Shown: piece after piece, positions 11,807-24,789 of the stretch | How positions within the stretch are numbered: the first letter of the stretch is position 1 | How the letters are laid out: every line of letters begins with the position of its first letter | NCBI GenBank assembly: GCA_010909165.1 | Contig: MU008151.1 | Location: 930,001 to 994,000, forward strand | Direction: 5' to 3' | Origin: Anthoceros angustus | Taxonomy: Eukaryota; Plantae; Anthocerotophyta | Length of the DNA: 64,000 nucleotides | Translations under genes and position numbers: made by a program | The notes under the pieces: model-generated | Databases searched by the model: none | The model's input: only the letters and a program-made list of their open reading frames with translations | What the model was told of the DNA's origin: nothing

Positions 11807-13060
11807 GAGTTTCTCAAGGAACATGTGATTGCAAAGTTGAAATCTTTTGTGCTTCCTGACGGCAGTCCGAAGTCGAGTTTGTGGAAGGAATTATCAGGAC
11901 CGAGTGTGTCGAAAACCTCACACTCTGTATCCACCGGCATAACCAGTCAGTGCTAAAGCAGGATTTGCTCGAGCGTGTTCTTCCAGACCAACAAGACTGT
12001 ACAGGGAGATTTTCTCCTCATGGGATCTGGCCGACTTCAAATGGTGGTGGCCAGAATGTCCTGAAGCCTTTCTGAAGAATGCCTTTGAGCGAGCTAAAGA
12101 GCTCTTAAGTGCTGGTGAACTCTTGGATGTCTTGCAAAGGCGACGAACAGGTCTCCTTCAAACCATATCCAACATAGATGCAGCTGTAGAGGAAGTCCTG
12201 CCTACAGAGAAAGGGGTGCTCGCACAACAAGACGCACCAGTTCAAACGTCTCGGTTTGTCAGCATCCGATGTGGGTACTATATCCCTCCCTGGAACAACT
12301 CACTCGGAGATGGGGAGCAACTGTTGCAAAACATCAATCAAGGGATAAGAGATTTGAAGCAAGAGGTGAAAGCAGTGGGAGTCAAAGTGGATAGAATTGG
12401 CGAGACTTTGCAACTTATCCAACATGAGATGAGCGCTATCAAGGCTGGGCAGGAAGCTACTCAACAATTCTTGCTTTCGAAGATGGATGAGATTATGAAT
12501 TTCTCTGCATAATTAGAAAGCAGTCAGATACCCAGACGTCCCTACATCACCACTGCAGACGTGGATCTAGCACAGAGGTTGATTGCAGGGGTGCGTGCGG
12601 GCAAAGCGGCTAAGCTCCATTTCATGTGCGAAAACATCTTTGGGAGTCACATCGTGCAGGGCCAAACTGGATTCGACTTGACATTGGAGGATGCGAAGTG
12701 GAAGTGGATCAGGCCCATAGCAATCAGAGGTATCAATCAAGGTTTTGGTTTTCCTAGTGAAAGCTGGCCTACATGTGGCTGCCGGCATTGGGAATGCGGT
12801 TCCCGACCCTTCCACCAGCTTGGATGGACCGGTTTCTGTGGCTGCGGCCTTTGGGGAATCAGCCCTGTCCCATTTAAATCTGGACCTGACAGGACCAGCT
12901 GCGAGCCAGAACACTCCCGTGCAAGAGGCATGGATTGCTCTGAAGAATCTTTGCAGCCGTTGCTGAGGGATCAAATGGCCGACAGATTCCAACTGCATAA
13001 GGTGCAATTTCTGACGGGAGCAACTAAAACGTCGTGTGTTGCAGCCTAACTTCGGCATTT
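11807..13060 (+). pseudogene. TRN1-like C-terminal (COR and tail) duplicate fragment
   Basis: High nucleotide identity to 5121-6480 and 52921-54250. Starts abruptly at EFLKEHV; in-frame TAA at 12510-12512 where the paralogs have GAA. Confidence 0.9.
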
Positions 13061-13089
13061 GCAGGATTTGGAGAGGACACAGGGGACGT

Positions 13090-13930
13090 CGATGATCGTG
13101 TTGATATTTTGATGAGGTTTTGGTATGGGTAATCGAGTAAGACCAAACAATCGAGTTTCTCCTGAGAGCGTTGCAGAACTGAGAGCGTTTTGTGCTTCTC
13201 CTGACGGTGGTGCAGGAGTTGAACTTATGGAAGGGATCATCAGGATTGAGTGTGTAGAGAACCTCACACCCAGTATCAATCAGTTCTAACAGTTTGATGA
13301 AGTGCCTTCTTGAGAATCAGAAAAGCTTTCCAGGGCAGATTTCCTCCGGCTTGGATTTTCCTGATTATCAACGGTCCTGGCCAGCGAGGCCTGAAGCCCA
13401 TCTACCCAGTGCCTTTGAGGAAGCCAGGGACCTCTTCAGGATGTTTTGCAAGAGTGGCGGACACGTCTATCCCTCCGTGTAACAAGTGACCCTTTTATTG
13501 AAGAAAACGTTACTCGCAGCAATCGCCTCAGTGCAGAAGCTACTGTATGGTAACGAAAGCGTGGAAGCAGGCAATCGGAGCGGTTGCGCAATGACTGTAA
13601 GCATGGAAGAAGACAGACCTGGAGGAGCGGTAGAGGGCGACGTGAAGCTCTTCTCCAGACCTTCAAAGTTTAAAACTGATGTTGTGGTGAACGATCTAAG
13701 GATCTCACAGCAGAAGCAGTTGTGGAGACGAACCTTTCAGGGATGTCGAGAAAGGCACAAACTTTATCATAGCTTTGATGGAAGCCATCATTGAGGGCTC
13801 TCAAACGGAAGATGTGCTGAGCATTGTAGCAAGCGTGATTGGCAAGGTCACGGACATGGAGGTCGTGCACAAAACCGGAGCAGGATACGAGAAGAAATTC
13901 CTGTGTCCCGAGTTGCGCAGCACTCTAACT
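13090..13930 (+). pseudogene. Older, divergent TRN1-like COR fragment
   Basis: DDRVDILMRF...AFCASPDGGAGVELMEGIIRIECVENLTP...YQRSWPARPEAHLPSAFEEARDL parallels DHIDILVRS...SPGVELVEGIIRTECVENLT. The 3' extent is uncertain; a short piece recurs at ~56630-56690. Confidence 0.7.
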
Positions 13931-14459
13931 AGAATGCTACACTGGTCTTAACCATTCCATGCTCCTCACATGCCTGGCCAGCGTAAGTAGGGTGCGGCCA
14001 GGGTCTACCGTAATTAACCAACCTGTAATGCCTTCAATCAAGTGTCAGATATCGTCTTCAGCGACACACTGTTGGTGCATCAAACTGCTTGTGATAGGGT
14101 CTTCTCACTTCTCCTTTTCTACGCATTCCTGTTTTGGCAAAGAGAGACGTCTCACAGCGTCCTTGTTTGGATGAACAGATGATGGCTCATAAAGGCTATG
14201 GGTAGGGAGGGCAGAACGTGCGTGTTTGTACAGCTGCAACGGTTGGTTTCAAGAAGCAAGTCCAGATTGGCGGTCTTCTGGTTCACTGATTTTACATCCT
14301 TTGTAGACCGCCAGGATGTATTTTCATCTTCCCGACCAGGCAAATCTGGGACAAGACGTCCTTCACTCAAATCGCGTCTGCAGCTCCTGTCTTCATGTCA
14401 CAGATGGCTTCTCTTCGACGTCTTAGCCCTTGACGGTTGTCGGTGCCTCGACCAGCATT

Positions 14460-14577
14460 AATGATGAAACATAAAACACCTCTGGCTTGTCTGCCGCAAA
14501 ACTGTGTCCAGTGATGGACCCATCAGTGGAAACAGTTACAACTCTGGCAAACAAGCCAAAGGTGTTTGTCATTATTG
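14460..14577. ncRNA. Foldback family, copy 2 (opposite orientation to copies 3 and 4)
   Basis: AAACACCTCTGGCTTGTCTGCC...GGCAAACAAGCCAAAGGTGTTT with an inner stem. Confidence 0.45.
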
Positions 14578-15643
14578 CTTTCGAGATCGCTATCTCCATC
14601 CAATACCGGTGCGGCAGCTCGAACCCTGCATCTCTTGACAAGAACGGCTGATAACTTTCACCAACCACAAATCTATCCTGTCCAGGCAGAAGAGTATACA
14701 TCAGGGAGGATACATGGGGCTCAGTTTCAGGGCTCTTAAGACACCAGATTACGGTGACACCAGATCACGGTCAGACTGGGTTGGAAATAGATCTGCTGTC
14801 TGTTTTGGTTTGTGCAGTGAGCAGTGAGCAGTGAGCAGTGAGCGTGGGAGTTGGCAAGTCCTCGAAGGAGTTACAGCCAGACATGGGTTCATTGGAACCC
14901 AAGTCCATTGTAACTTGAGTCCATGACCGGAGCTATGCAATGGCATCATGTGGAAATGAAAAGATACAAGAGGAATTCCTAAGGCGTCCTACCGTGTCCA
15001 GTAGGCAATCCGTCTTCGACAAGCCGAACGGGCGGAGGAAGAGATCTTATCCAGAGCAGGACCCTTTCCACTGGGAGCCCTTAGCGGACGCCAGTCACAA
15101 ATTTAGGGTTTATTTTACCACAAGTTGGACGATCGGACTGGCTTCCTCTACTACTTAGGTGGAATCGTGGAAGCTGAACGCTTTCCATCCCAGTGGGTCT
15201 CGGAGGAGGAGCTCTTCCCGGTCTTGTGGGTTTCAAGTCTGGTCACCCTCGGCACTCGCGCTTTGTGCCCTTCCTGCGTCCGGAGCTAGGATGGCATGTG
15301 GTTGGTTAGACTGGCCGCCGGGCTTTTGGGGATGCTGGGTATGAGCTGCTGCGCTGTTTTGCAACACACCTAGGTGTGCTCGTCTTTCCTGCTCGTACAA
15401 CTTGCAATTGCTAGCAAGCTTCAAGGAGTGTAGGACATAGTGTAATGCTTTTGAGACGTGTGCTTGAACATGCTGAAGAAGGGCAGCTGTACGTAGAGTG
15501 AATGTTCCAGAGATGTAGAGAGCTTCCTCTTGACTGCAGCATTAGGTTTATCAGCCGTACTTGTCAAGAGATGCAGGGTTCGGCTGCCGAACATCGAGAA
15601 AGCGATCTCGAAAGAAATGATGACAAACACCTTTGTCGAAAGC

Positions 15644-15762
15644 AATGATGACAAACACCTTTGGCTTGTTTGCCAGAGATGTACATAACTGTTTCCACTG
15701 ATGGGCCTATCACTGGACACAGTTTTGCGGCAGACAAGCCAAAGGTGTTTTGTTTTATCATT
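15644..15762. ncRNA. Foldback family, copy 3
   Basis: AAACACCTTTGGCTTGTTTGCC ... AACTGT.TCCA.TGAT / ATCA.TGGA.ACAGTT ... GGCAGACAAGCCAAAGGTGTTT. Confidence 0.45.
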
Positions 15763-15996
15763 AATGCTTGTTGAGGCACCACAACTGCCAAGGGCTAAGA
15801 CGTCGGAGACGATGTCTTAGAGAAGCAATCTCGTCAGCAAGAGAGCTGGGAAGGTTCGACCCTGCTTTCTGTGAGTGACTGTCTCGTCGTTTTCTCAACC
15901 AGTCATGGGAGAAGTATGTTTCAGAGATGCCGAGAAAGGCACCAAATTTATCCTCGCTTTGGTGGAAGCCATCGTTGAGGCCTCTCTAGTTGGCAG

Positions 15997-16130
15997 ATTG
16001 TAGGACAGCGGCTCCAAGCTGATGTGTTTGTAGCTGGCAGTTTGATTAGCACGTATGGGAAGTCAAGCAGCACGGTTGATGCACAGCTGGTGTTTGACAC
16101 TGTCATCGGAAAGCACTGATTGCAGGCTGC
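15997..16130 (+). pseudogene. PPR (S-type motif) fragment
   Basis: IVGQRLQADVFVAGSLISTYGKSSSTVDAQLVFDTV. Confidence 0.7.
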
Positions 16131-16929
16131 ACCTGTGAAGCGCACAAAAGAGTGGTTTTTCAGGTGTTAGCTCGTGGAGAGTAGGAAGGAAAGAACGTGT
16201 GAGTTGCAGGGCTGTAGGTGCTTGAGCTGGTTTCAAGAAGCAAGTCCAGATTTTCGGTCCTCTGCTTGAATGATTTCTAGATCTTTTGCACACTGTCAGG
16301 ATGTGTGTTCCATCTTCCCGACCGGCCAAAGCTGGGAAAAGATGTCATCACTGGATTGGCGTCTGAGGCCCCTTGCCTTCACATCTCTATGACACTAGAC
16401 AACGCGGAAAATCGCTCACGGCCATCTCCGATATCCAACTAACTGGAGATTTTGCTTTCTTCGAAGGTGAGGAAGGAAGGTGTGTTTCTATCCTTTCTAT
16501 CCAGGGTGATTTGGTTGTGGAGATCGTCAGCGGAAAGCGTGGCTTTTGCAGAAAAACCGTGAGAGCAACAGCAGCACCAACTTGCTCAAAAGATTGCGAA
16601 CCCAACTCTGTAGAAACCATTAACCTGGTCAAACACCACCGGTTCAACAGTGATGAAGGCCACAAGGAACTACATTGAGTGCAGCAAATGCATAAAATTG
16701 TCAAGCTCGAAGGGGCCACAGCCTACACAGACAAGAGCATCTCCCTTGACACTTGAGCCACGTGCGCTTAGATGGGTACTTAGATGGGGTGCCCAAGGAG
16801 TGGATGCTTGGTGCAAGTAGCTTAGGCACACCAAGGTACAAGTTGTTAAGTACCAAGTCCCATGACGGAAAATCCATTTTAGTGGAGTTAAAGTTAGTCT
16901 TCTTCTTCTTCCTGGGTCCTCTTGCTCGA

Positions 16930-17030
16930 GACAGAAAGGTAGCCGCGGACTCGCCTTCCGCCGCAATCACTGGCGGGATCACCACGATGGTGCGCTCGTC
17001 GGGCCTACCCCCGATGTGGCGGGGTAAGCC
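16930..17030 (-). pseudogene. Internally deleted remnant of the TPM-domain gene seen at 57967-58539
   Basis: Shares GCCGCGGACTCGCCTTCC and GATCACCACGATGGTGCGCTCGTC with 58031-58195; the adjacent flank 16430-16930 matches 57510-58010. Confidence 0.7.
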
Positions 17031-20000
17031 CGATTGTCACCACCTTACTGCTACTCAAGCGCTTGCGCGTGCATAAATAATACCATGCGAGCATCGTCGG
17101 TCACACCTTAAAGCGTGGCTTTTGCAAAACCGTGAGAGCAACAGCAGCACCAACTTGCTCAAAAGATTGCCGAACCCCCGTAGAAACCATTAACCGGTCG
17201 ACCCCGCTTGTCCCTTGACACTTGAGCCACGTGTGCCACCATCGGTGAAGGATTTTCTCACCGGTCGACACATCCATGGCTATGGAATACCGATCTCTGC
17301 GCCCCTTTAGGGTTTTCCATTGTGACCAAAGAAGTTTTCATACGGCGGAAAACTCGGTGTTACACTGACGACATCGGCCGTCGGCCACCCTCCGATCGTC
17401 ACTAAGCATGTGGTATACGTGTCGAGAATCTTTTGTGGTTGTGACACACAATGTTTTCGTGAGGGCATGGGCCATCGGACATCCATTCGCATGACCCCAT
17501 CGCCGTCGGTTGCCATCACGACACCACGTGGCTTTATGGGAGATAAGCGTGGAGGAGGCACAGGCACTGTGCGTTCGCGAGCATACACCTGTGCGATAGC
17601 GTCAGCGCCATGTCGCCTCGCGCGCGCTATCGCAGCCATCCGTGCGTCAGGCGCACAAGGGGCCAGCCATACAGCCTCGCGGTGGCGCACCATCTTCGGA
17701 GGCCAGCTGTATGCTTGCATACAGCCCTGTGCTGACTCGCGAGCGCCGCGCCTGTCGCGCGCCAGCACCATATCACATAGGCCTCAGCGGTGGCGCCTCC
17801 ATCTTCACACAACCAAATTTTTACATTCCACCACAACAAAGCCACCACCGGGCTCAACTCTCAAAACGCCGTAACAAATCCAAATTGTCACCGCCTCGTG
17901 ATGGTGAGCGCACAATGTCACCGCCCTGTGTCATGGTGAGCGACAAAACACTTTTCTCCAGCCCACACCTAGCTCACTCCGGGCCGCAACTGGGCCACAC
18001 GCCTCACACCTCGTGCACCATAGACCGCAGCAGGTGATGGCCGCCCACGCCCACGGTGGCTTCAGCCTCCCACCGGTGGAGGTATTCGGGCAATGCGCCC
18101 TCGTGGCTCCCGCACTCGCAGAGTGTTGTTAGTGCCATGTGCACCGATACATGTCCGGAGGAAGTCCATGTCCCGCAATCCTTTGCATATGCATTGTCCT
18201 CGCCATCTGCAGCCTCGTGACAACCCACAGGGCCCATACGATTCGGGCCCCTGCTCGCACAATGGCGCGATGCGCCCTCCTCCAATCAGTAACATGACAA
18301 AATAAATGGATGCACAGGCTTGCTCACCCGCCAGCAATTTATGCCGAGTGGTGGCATCTCGGGGCCACGCTTTGTGCATACCGAGGGCCACCCACATCGC
18401 CCCTCGCCATCGCCTCCTCACCCCCATATGCGGTGGTGCACCCACCCTTGTAGTCGACCTTCTTCTTGAATGCGATAATGCATGGCCGGAATGTCCCCGC
18501 TGCCCGATCTTCCGCACCCCGCCTATTCCATACCGCCTCCAACGCCGCCTCATCGTGGGCATGAAGGTCACGCAGGTGGAATGGATGTGTGGGTTGGTGA
18601 TGTCGATTCGGCTCCTCACCATATCCATCATGTACCCTTGTAGAGGAATGCCCACTTCTCTCCCAAGGACCGCCAGAAATGCTCAATCCTCGCAACAATC
18701 CGCATTCATCGACTTCCACCACACCGCATAAGGAAAACGACAACCTCCTAACTTTTACAGTTGTGCACAGGGGCCGGATGAAGTTGCTTCCATGTGCCCT
18801 TGGCCTCGCTCGGTTCATATCCGCTTATTAGGTTGTGCTCTGCGTAGTCCGACCGAATCCGCGGATGCCCAAACTTCCTCACCGCTTCCACATAGGCGTT
18901 GAAAATCGCTGCTTGTTATCCTCCAAGACCAACTGTGGGACGAATGGGTTGCCCCATCTATGGCCCTGCACTCAAGTAGAATTGGTACATCTTGTCATAA
19001 GTCGCGACAAGGCAACTGCACCCGTCGATTGCACAACTCCCCGCAATCACTTCTTCCTCGCAACGCGAACTCGAACATCGCATGCCACTCACGCACTTAC
19101 AATCCATATGCCACATGTACATGGGTGTCGTCGACGGACGGCGGATGCGCATCGCCGACCGTGCCATGTGCTCCGGCCGCATCAAACGCAGCGCCCGTGA
19201 CCGCCTCCTTGGGATTTCGATTCCATCCAGCCAGCCGCCGCACGAATCGTATTCAGCGTTCACGCCGTCTTGTGATGGGTGTGTGCGTGGCAATCGGTGC
19301 ACACCTCCTCCACGGACAACCTCCCATACACCCCGCGCAGTGCCGATGCAGGAGCCTCGTCACTGCCTGCCGCACAGCTCCGCTGGTAGGCCTTTCAATG
19401 GTCTCCCCGCAAGTGCCGCACCGCCAAATCATACAGCTTATGAAGGCGGCGCGCTCCTCCTATGCATCCTTCATCTCCACCTTCCAGCCCTCATCCCCAC
19501 GGCTCCTCGCACGAGAATTGCCTCAAGTTTTCACCGTCTGTGATGATGATGGGCTTCCGCCATGACCTCTGATGCAGCCTGGCGGCGACCGCCCACCATC
19601 TTCCTCCTTCGTCCGCCGCCGGAAGGCCCCATGGGCACCCTTCACTGCTTTTTGCCCCACGTGATGGCCAAGGTGGAGACTTGGTGGCCTCAACACCTCA
19701 GACCTACCGCTAGCGCTTTTTGCCCCATGCGCCTTCCTCCCGTTCAAACCCCAAATGCACCTCTCTGAACATGGCCCGATTTCGATCCTCCTAACACTTT
19801 CCGCCCGAGTAATGGCATGTCCGCAGCCAAGGGTTTCGACAAAGGGACGCTCGATCACCGTTATGCCCACTCCGATTTTTGTTCCACGGACGGTCCGCCA
19901 GCTTCATTGACGGGGTTCCACACCGATCTGCAGAGGTAGATCGCCGCAGAAGTTCGTAAAGCGCCCGTAGCTTACTTTTGCTTCCGTGATTTCATTCATT

Positions 20001-20989
20001 GTTTGAAGTGCACCACAACACTTCCAAACCAACAGACGCACCAAACACCGTATGTGAACAATCTAGAATGGGCCGCTTCGCCGCAGTGCAAACACACTTG
20101 CGCCCCTCGCTTTCTCGCGCCATCGACAATTAGCGATGGCCTCGCTCTTCACTCTTCAGCCGGCCGCAAACCCGCAAATGATGTAACCGCCTTACCTCAA
20201 TGCGCAGGGTTCCACGACGGCCCCTGAACAAAAGGCATGGGATCTTCCAGCTATCGGGCGTATCCGTCGACCCCCATTGTGTGGCATGCCCCGATAATCG
20301 TCACATGCTTCCAGCGTTTGGAATACTCCCTCGCTCGATTCAAGTCCATGTAACATATGAAATGCCCCGCTGTACACGAACGGCAATGACCGCGCCCACA
20401 AAAAATTGTGTTGATCCAACTCCACAGGAGGATGCTCAATGTCCCAACCGCCGACAAACGAGCCTCACCGCATGTCAGTGCCGGTCCACAGCACATGTGA
20501 CGCCGGTCCCATTCCGCCCAACCGCCTCACCACTAGCTTCCAACTCCACTTCTCCGATTGCGTAACATCCATCGCTATCATTCCCTCCACTGCGACCATA
20601 GGGTGCCATCCAACCCGCTTTTCCTCCACTTTCGAACGATTTGATTGCCAAAAAGGCGTCCTTCTCTCACACAAAAACTCCCACGAAGCCTCCATTGACT
20701 TCTCACGAGCATGGTCACACCGCGCTCCTATCTCGATGGTCGCACGCAGATTGCAATCCGGCTCTTCGCGAAGATCCACAACGGCACCAACGTGCCATGC
20801 CGCTCTTGCTCCAAAGATTCCGTGCCCAAGGCGATACCGCCCACCGAGGCACCTTCCCCACCTCCAACCCAGACCTCAATGGTCAGGCCACAATCACCCC
20901 CCTCCACAGAAATGAAATCTTTGTGCATTGCGGACAATCGGAACCTCCAATACCATGAGTACCCATTTCCCGGACCAGATCGCCACACA

Positions 20990-23230
20990 CATTTCTCGCC
21001 TCCCCGGCCATGTACGCTCACATGCGGAGTCATGGAGTGGATTTGCCGGGACTCTCCCACTCCCACACCGGCTCCACTGCCCGCCCGCGAGCCACCGCTT
21101 CCACGGCCTCGCCCCGCCGTCCGCGCATGTGCCGATCGTCGTTGCATTGAGCCCGAGGCGGCGCCGGACGGCCATAAAAACCGCCGCTCCGATGACCACT
21201 CGCCACCGCAACCTCCGGCCGCCACAATATCGCGCCGCCGCCGGCATCGCGCCGCCCCTTCCTCCACTTCGCCGATCGCCTGCCCTCCCGGCGCCCACCA
21301 TCCACCTCGCCGCCTCGGATCGTCGCGCAGGACGACGCGCCCACCGCCACTCCGTGGCCGCAGCAAACTCGAATGGATCATACCCACTGCACACACAAGA
21401 GTTGTGAGGCTCGAGACGCCGACCGCGCAAAGCTTACATTTCTCGCCTCCCCGTGCCATACGCTCGACATGCGGAGTCGGTGGAGTGGATTTGCCGGGAC
21501 TCTCCCACTCCCACACCGGCTCCACTGCCCGCCCGCGAGCCACCGCTTCCACGGCCTCGCCCCGCCGTCCGCGCATGTGCCGATCGTCGTTGCATTGAGC
21601 CCGAGGCGGCGCCGGACGGCCATAAAAACCGCCGCTCCGATGACCACTCGCCACCGCAACCTCCGGCCGCCACAATATCGCGCCGCCGCCGGCATCGCGC
21701 CGCCCCTTCCTCCACTTCGCCGATCGCCTGCCCTCCCGGCGCCGACCATCCACCTCGCCGCCTCGGATCGTCGCGCAGGACGACGCGCCCACCGCCACTC
21801 CGTGGCCGCAGCAAACTCGAATGGATCATACCCACGCACACAAGAGTTGTGAGGCTCGAGACGCCGACCGCGCAAAGCTTACATTTCTCGCCTCCCCGTG
21901 CCATACGCTCGACATGCGGAGTCGGTGGAGTGGATTTGCCGGGACTCTCCCACTCCCACACCGGCTCCACCGCCGCCCGGCTTCCGCGAGCCACCGCCGC
22001 TTCCACGGCCTCCTCCGCCGTCCGCGCATGTGCCGATCGCCGTGCATTGAGCCCGAGGAAGGCGTTCGGGCGTCACCATACAAACCCGCTCGATGACCAC
22101 TCGCCAGCAACCTCCGGCCGGCCAACATCGCCCGCCGCCGCCGCATCATGCCGCGCCGCCCCTTCCTCCACTTCGCCGATCCTGCCCTCCGCCCGGCGCC
22201 GACCATCCACCTCGCCGCCTCGGATCGTCGCGACGACGGCCCATCGCCCACGCCTCGTGTCGCAAAAACTCGAATGGATCATACCCACGCAACACACAAG
22301 AGTTGTGAGGCTCGAGGTGACGCCGCCGACCGCGCAAAGCTTACATTTCCGCACTGGAGGCCACATAGCCCCGCCGCACTCGCCGCCGCCAGGGCGGCGA
22401 GTCAGACGCCCTTCGGAAAGCCGCACCAAGCATGGCCGTGGGCAATGGAGACCGCCTGTGCAATCCACCTCGCAATCAATAGCGAGGTTTGAGAATTCAT
22501 GGTGACCCACGCATGCAGCGCGCGGGCCGAGCACCTCTGTCTCCAGGTGCACCTCCACAGATCGACGCCGAAACGCCTCCCAAGGTGGGTGCGCTGCTGA
22601 TCCGCCACCGCGGCCGCAGCTTCCACTCCACCTTCCGCTCGGACGATCACACGGGTTGTCCATGGCCTCCCCACCTCCTCCGCCGCCATGGCTCCTTCCG
22701 GCGCCGACCATCCACCTCGCCGCCTCGGATCGTGCAGCGACGACGCCCCATCGCCCACGCCTCCCGTGTCCGCAAAAAACTCGAATGGATCATACCCCAC
22801 CGCACACACAAGAGTTGTGAGGCTCGAGATGACGCCGACCGCAAAGCTTACATTTCGCACTGGAGGCCACATAGCCCCGCTGCACTGCCGCCGCCAGGGC
22901 GGCGAACAGACGCCTCGGAAAGCTGCACAAGCATGGCCGTGGGCAATGGAGACCGCCGCGTGTGCAATCCACGCAATCAATAGCGAGGTTTGAGAATTCA
23001 TGGTGACCCACGCAGATGCATCGACACGGGCCGAGCACCTCTGTCTCCACTTGTAGGTGCACCTCCACAGATCCACGTCGAAACGCCTCCCAAGGTGGGT
23101 GCGCCAATCGTTGATCCCGCCACCGCGCCGCAGCTTCCACTCCACCTTCCGCTCGGACGATCGCCACGGGTTGTCCATGGCCTCCCCACCTCCTCCTCCG
23201 CCGCCATGGCTCCTTCCGGCGCCGCCGCCG
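20990..23230. repeat. GC-rich tandem repeats: about three ~445-bp units, then an overlapping ~500-bp duplication
   Basis: Duplicated ORF translations offset by 445 (ends 21407 vs 21852) and by 501 (starts 22489 vs 22990). Confidence 0.9.
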
Positions 23231-24789
23231 CACCTCCTCCTCCATCGCCTCGCTTCAACGCACCATCATGGCGGGCATTGAATGTGCACGGAATCATAGG
23301 TATACTTGCACGGCCTCGGATCGTCGAGATCCCCACGATACCGCCTTTACGCCGCCGCTCCATTCGCGCCCGTGACCGTCGCAGCGCCGCAGTATATGCC
23401 GCATGTTCCGCCACCGCACCCTTCCGTCAAGTGCGTGTGCAATTGCGATGCTACGCATTACATGCGATTCTCGCCACACCGTGCATTTTCAGCAAACATT
23501 GAATGTGCAATCGCACGCATCGCACACCTTACAACGATCCGCAACTTAGCGGCACTCTTGACGGACCGTGCTGCAGCCACCTGGCCCGCCGCCCGCAACC
23601 CTTACTTGCTGTTGGCGCTCACCATCGCCCGTGCTCCGCACCATCACGCCATTCCCAACCGCAACCAGATTACAATTTTGTGCCTTCACTACCGCACTTG
23701 GTTCGCTTCCACCGCCTGCACTCGTGATCCTCGCCAAGTACTCGAACATGGTTCTCCGTCGCCGGTTGATATCCCGGAACAACGCTCCGTCTTCTCATTC
23801 CATTCCATTTCTCCATACCGCACGAAATCAACCAATTCATAATACCTCATAGGCCACCTCTCCACAAGGTCGGCACTCGATGCGTGCACTGGAAAACCAA
23901 ATCCTAAGGTCGTCGGTTTTCGGCAGCTCTCCTTTCCGGTACCTCTTCCATCCGACGGCGCCAATCGAACACTTGGTGCATGAAAATGTGGCACTCCACC
24001 GCCCAGGTAGGCACTCTCGCAGAATTTGTCCACCGCCACTCCATCCGGCCCCTCACGGCAGTCGACAGACGGCAAGTTTCTCTGGATAGCCCTCTATGCG
24101 CAGACACTGGCTTTGATGGTCCTCCACAAATGCCAAGAACTTGGACAGCTCCCAGTAGTTGATGGGAACCATAGGCCACGCAGGAATGTACTCGCGCGAG
24201 CTTTGCATCTCCCATTCCTCCTGCCGGCCCCTTCCACGCGCCCCCCTCCACACAAGGCCGTGCTCGCCAGCAGACCTGCAAACATGCGCATCCGGGCACC
24301 GTGATTTGCACATCATCACAAGATGGGCTACCTACTCACCGCCGCCCTTCCACTCTTCAAGCGCAACCGCCGAACACACCAACCCACTGCCGCCCGCCTC
24401 GCCATCGCCGCCACGATCTTGTGTTCCTCATCCTCCTCCACGGCACGGGCGCGTTGCGCACCTTCCACCCACCCGCCACCCGCCACCGCGCCTTCCTTGC
24501 ACGTCGCACGCGCACTGCTTCCTTCCGCCCACCTGCAACCGTCCCTTCCACCGTCCCTTCTCCGCACGGGTTGCGACCGCCGATGATCATCATGGTGGCA
24601 CCGCCGTCTGCTCAAACCCAACCGACACTGCAGATCGCCACCCACTTCCTAATTTCACTAACCCCTCCCTTTGGTGGCGTGGCAGTAGCACACCGTATCA
24701 AACCCTTTCACTTTGAGGCTACACAACCTCCCAATTTTCATTTCCAACCAATCCATCTTCCCAAGGCCCAGTGGGCAAATACCCACCGG

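Noticed and set aside
14553-14572. Resemblance of the hairpin arm GCCAAAGGTGTTTG to miR399
   Set aside because: Too many mismatches for a family assignment.
17830-18700. Possible Ulp1/C48 protease domain on the minus strand
   Set aside because: Only a vague resemblance; the catalytic HW and QxNxxDCG motifs could not be found.
20711-23502. Long overlapping Arg/Pro/Gly-rich ORFs up to 356 aa
   Set aside because: They arise from stop-poor GC-rich tandem repeats, are open in many frames and show no recognisable domain.
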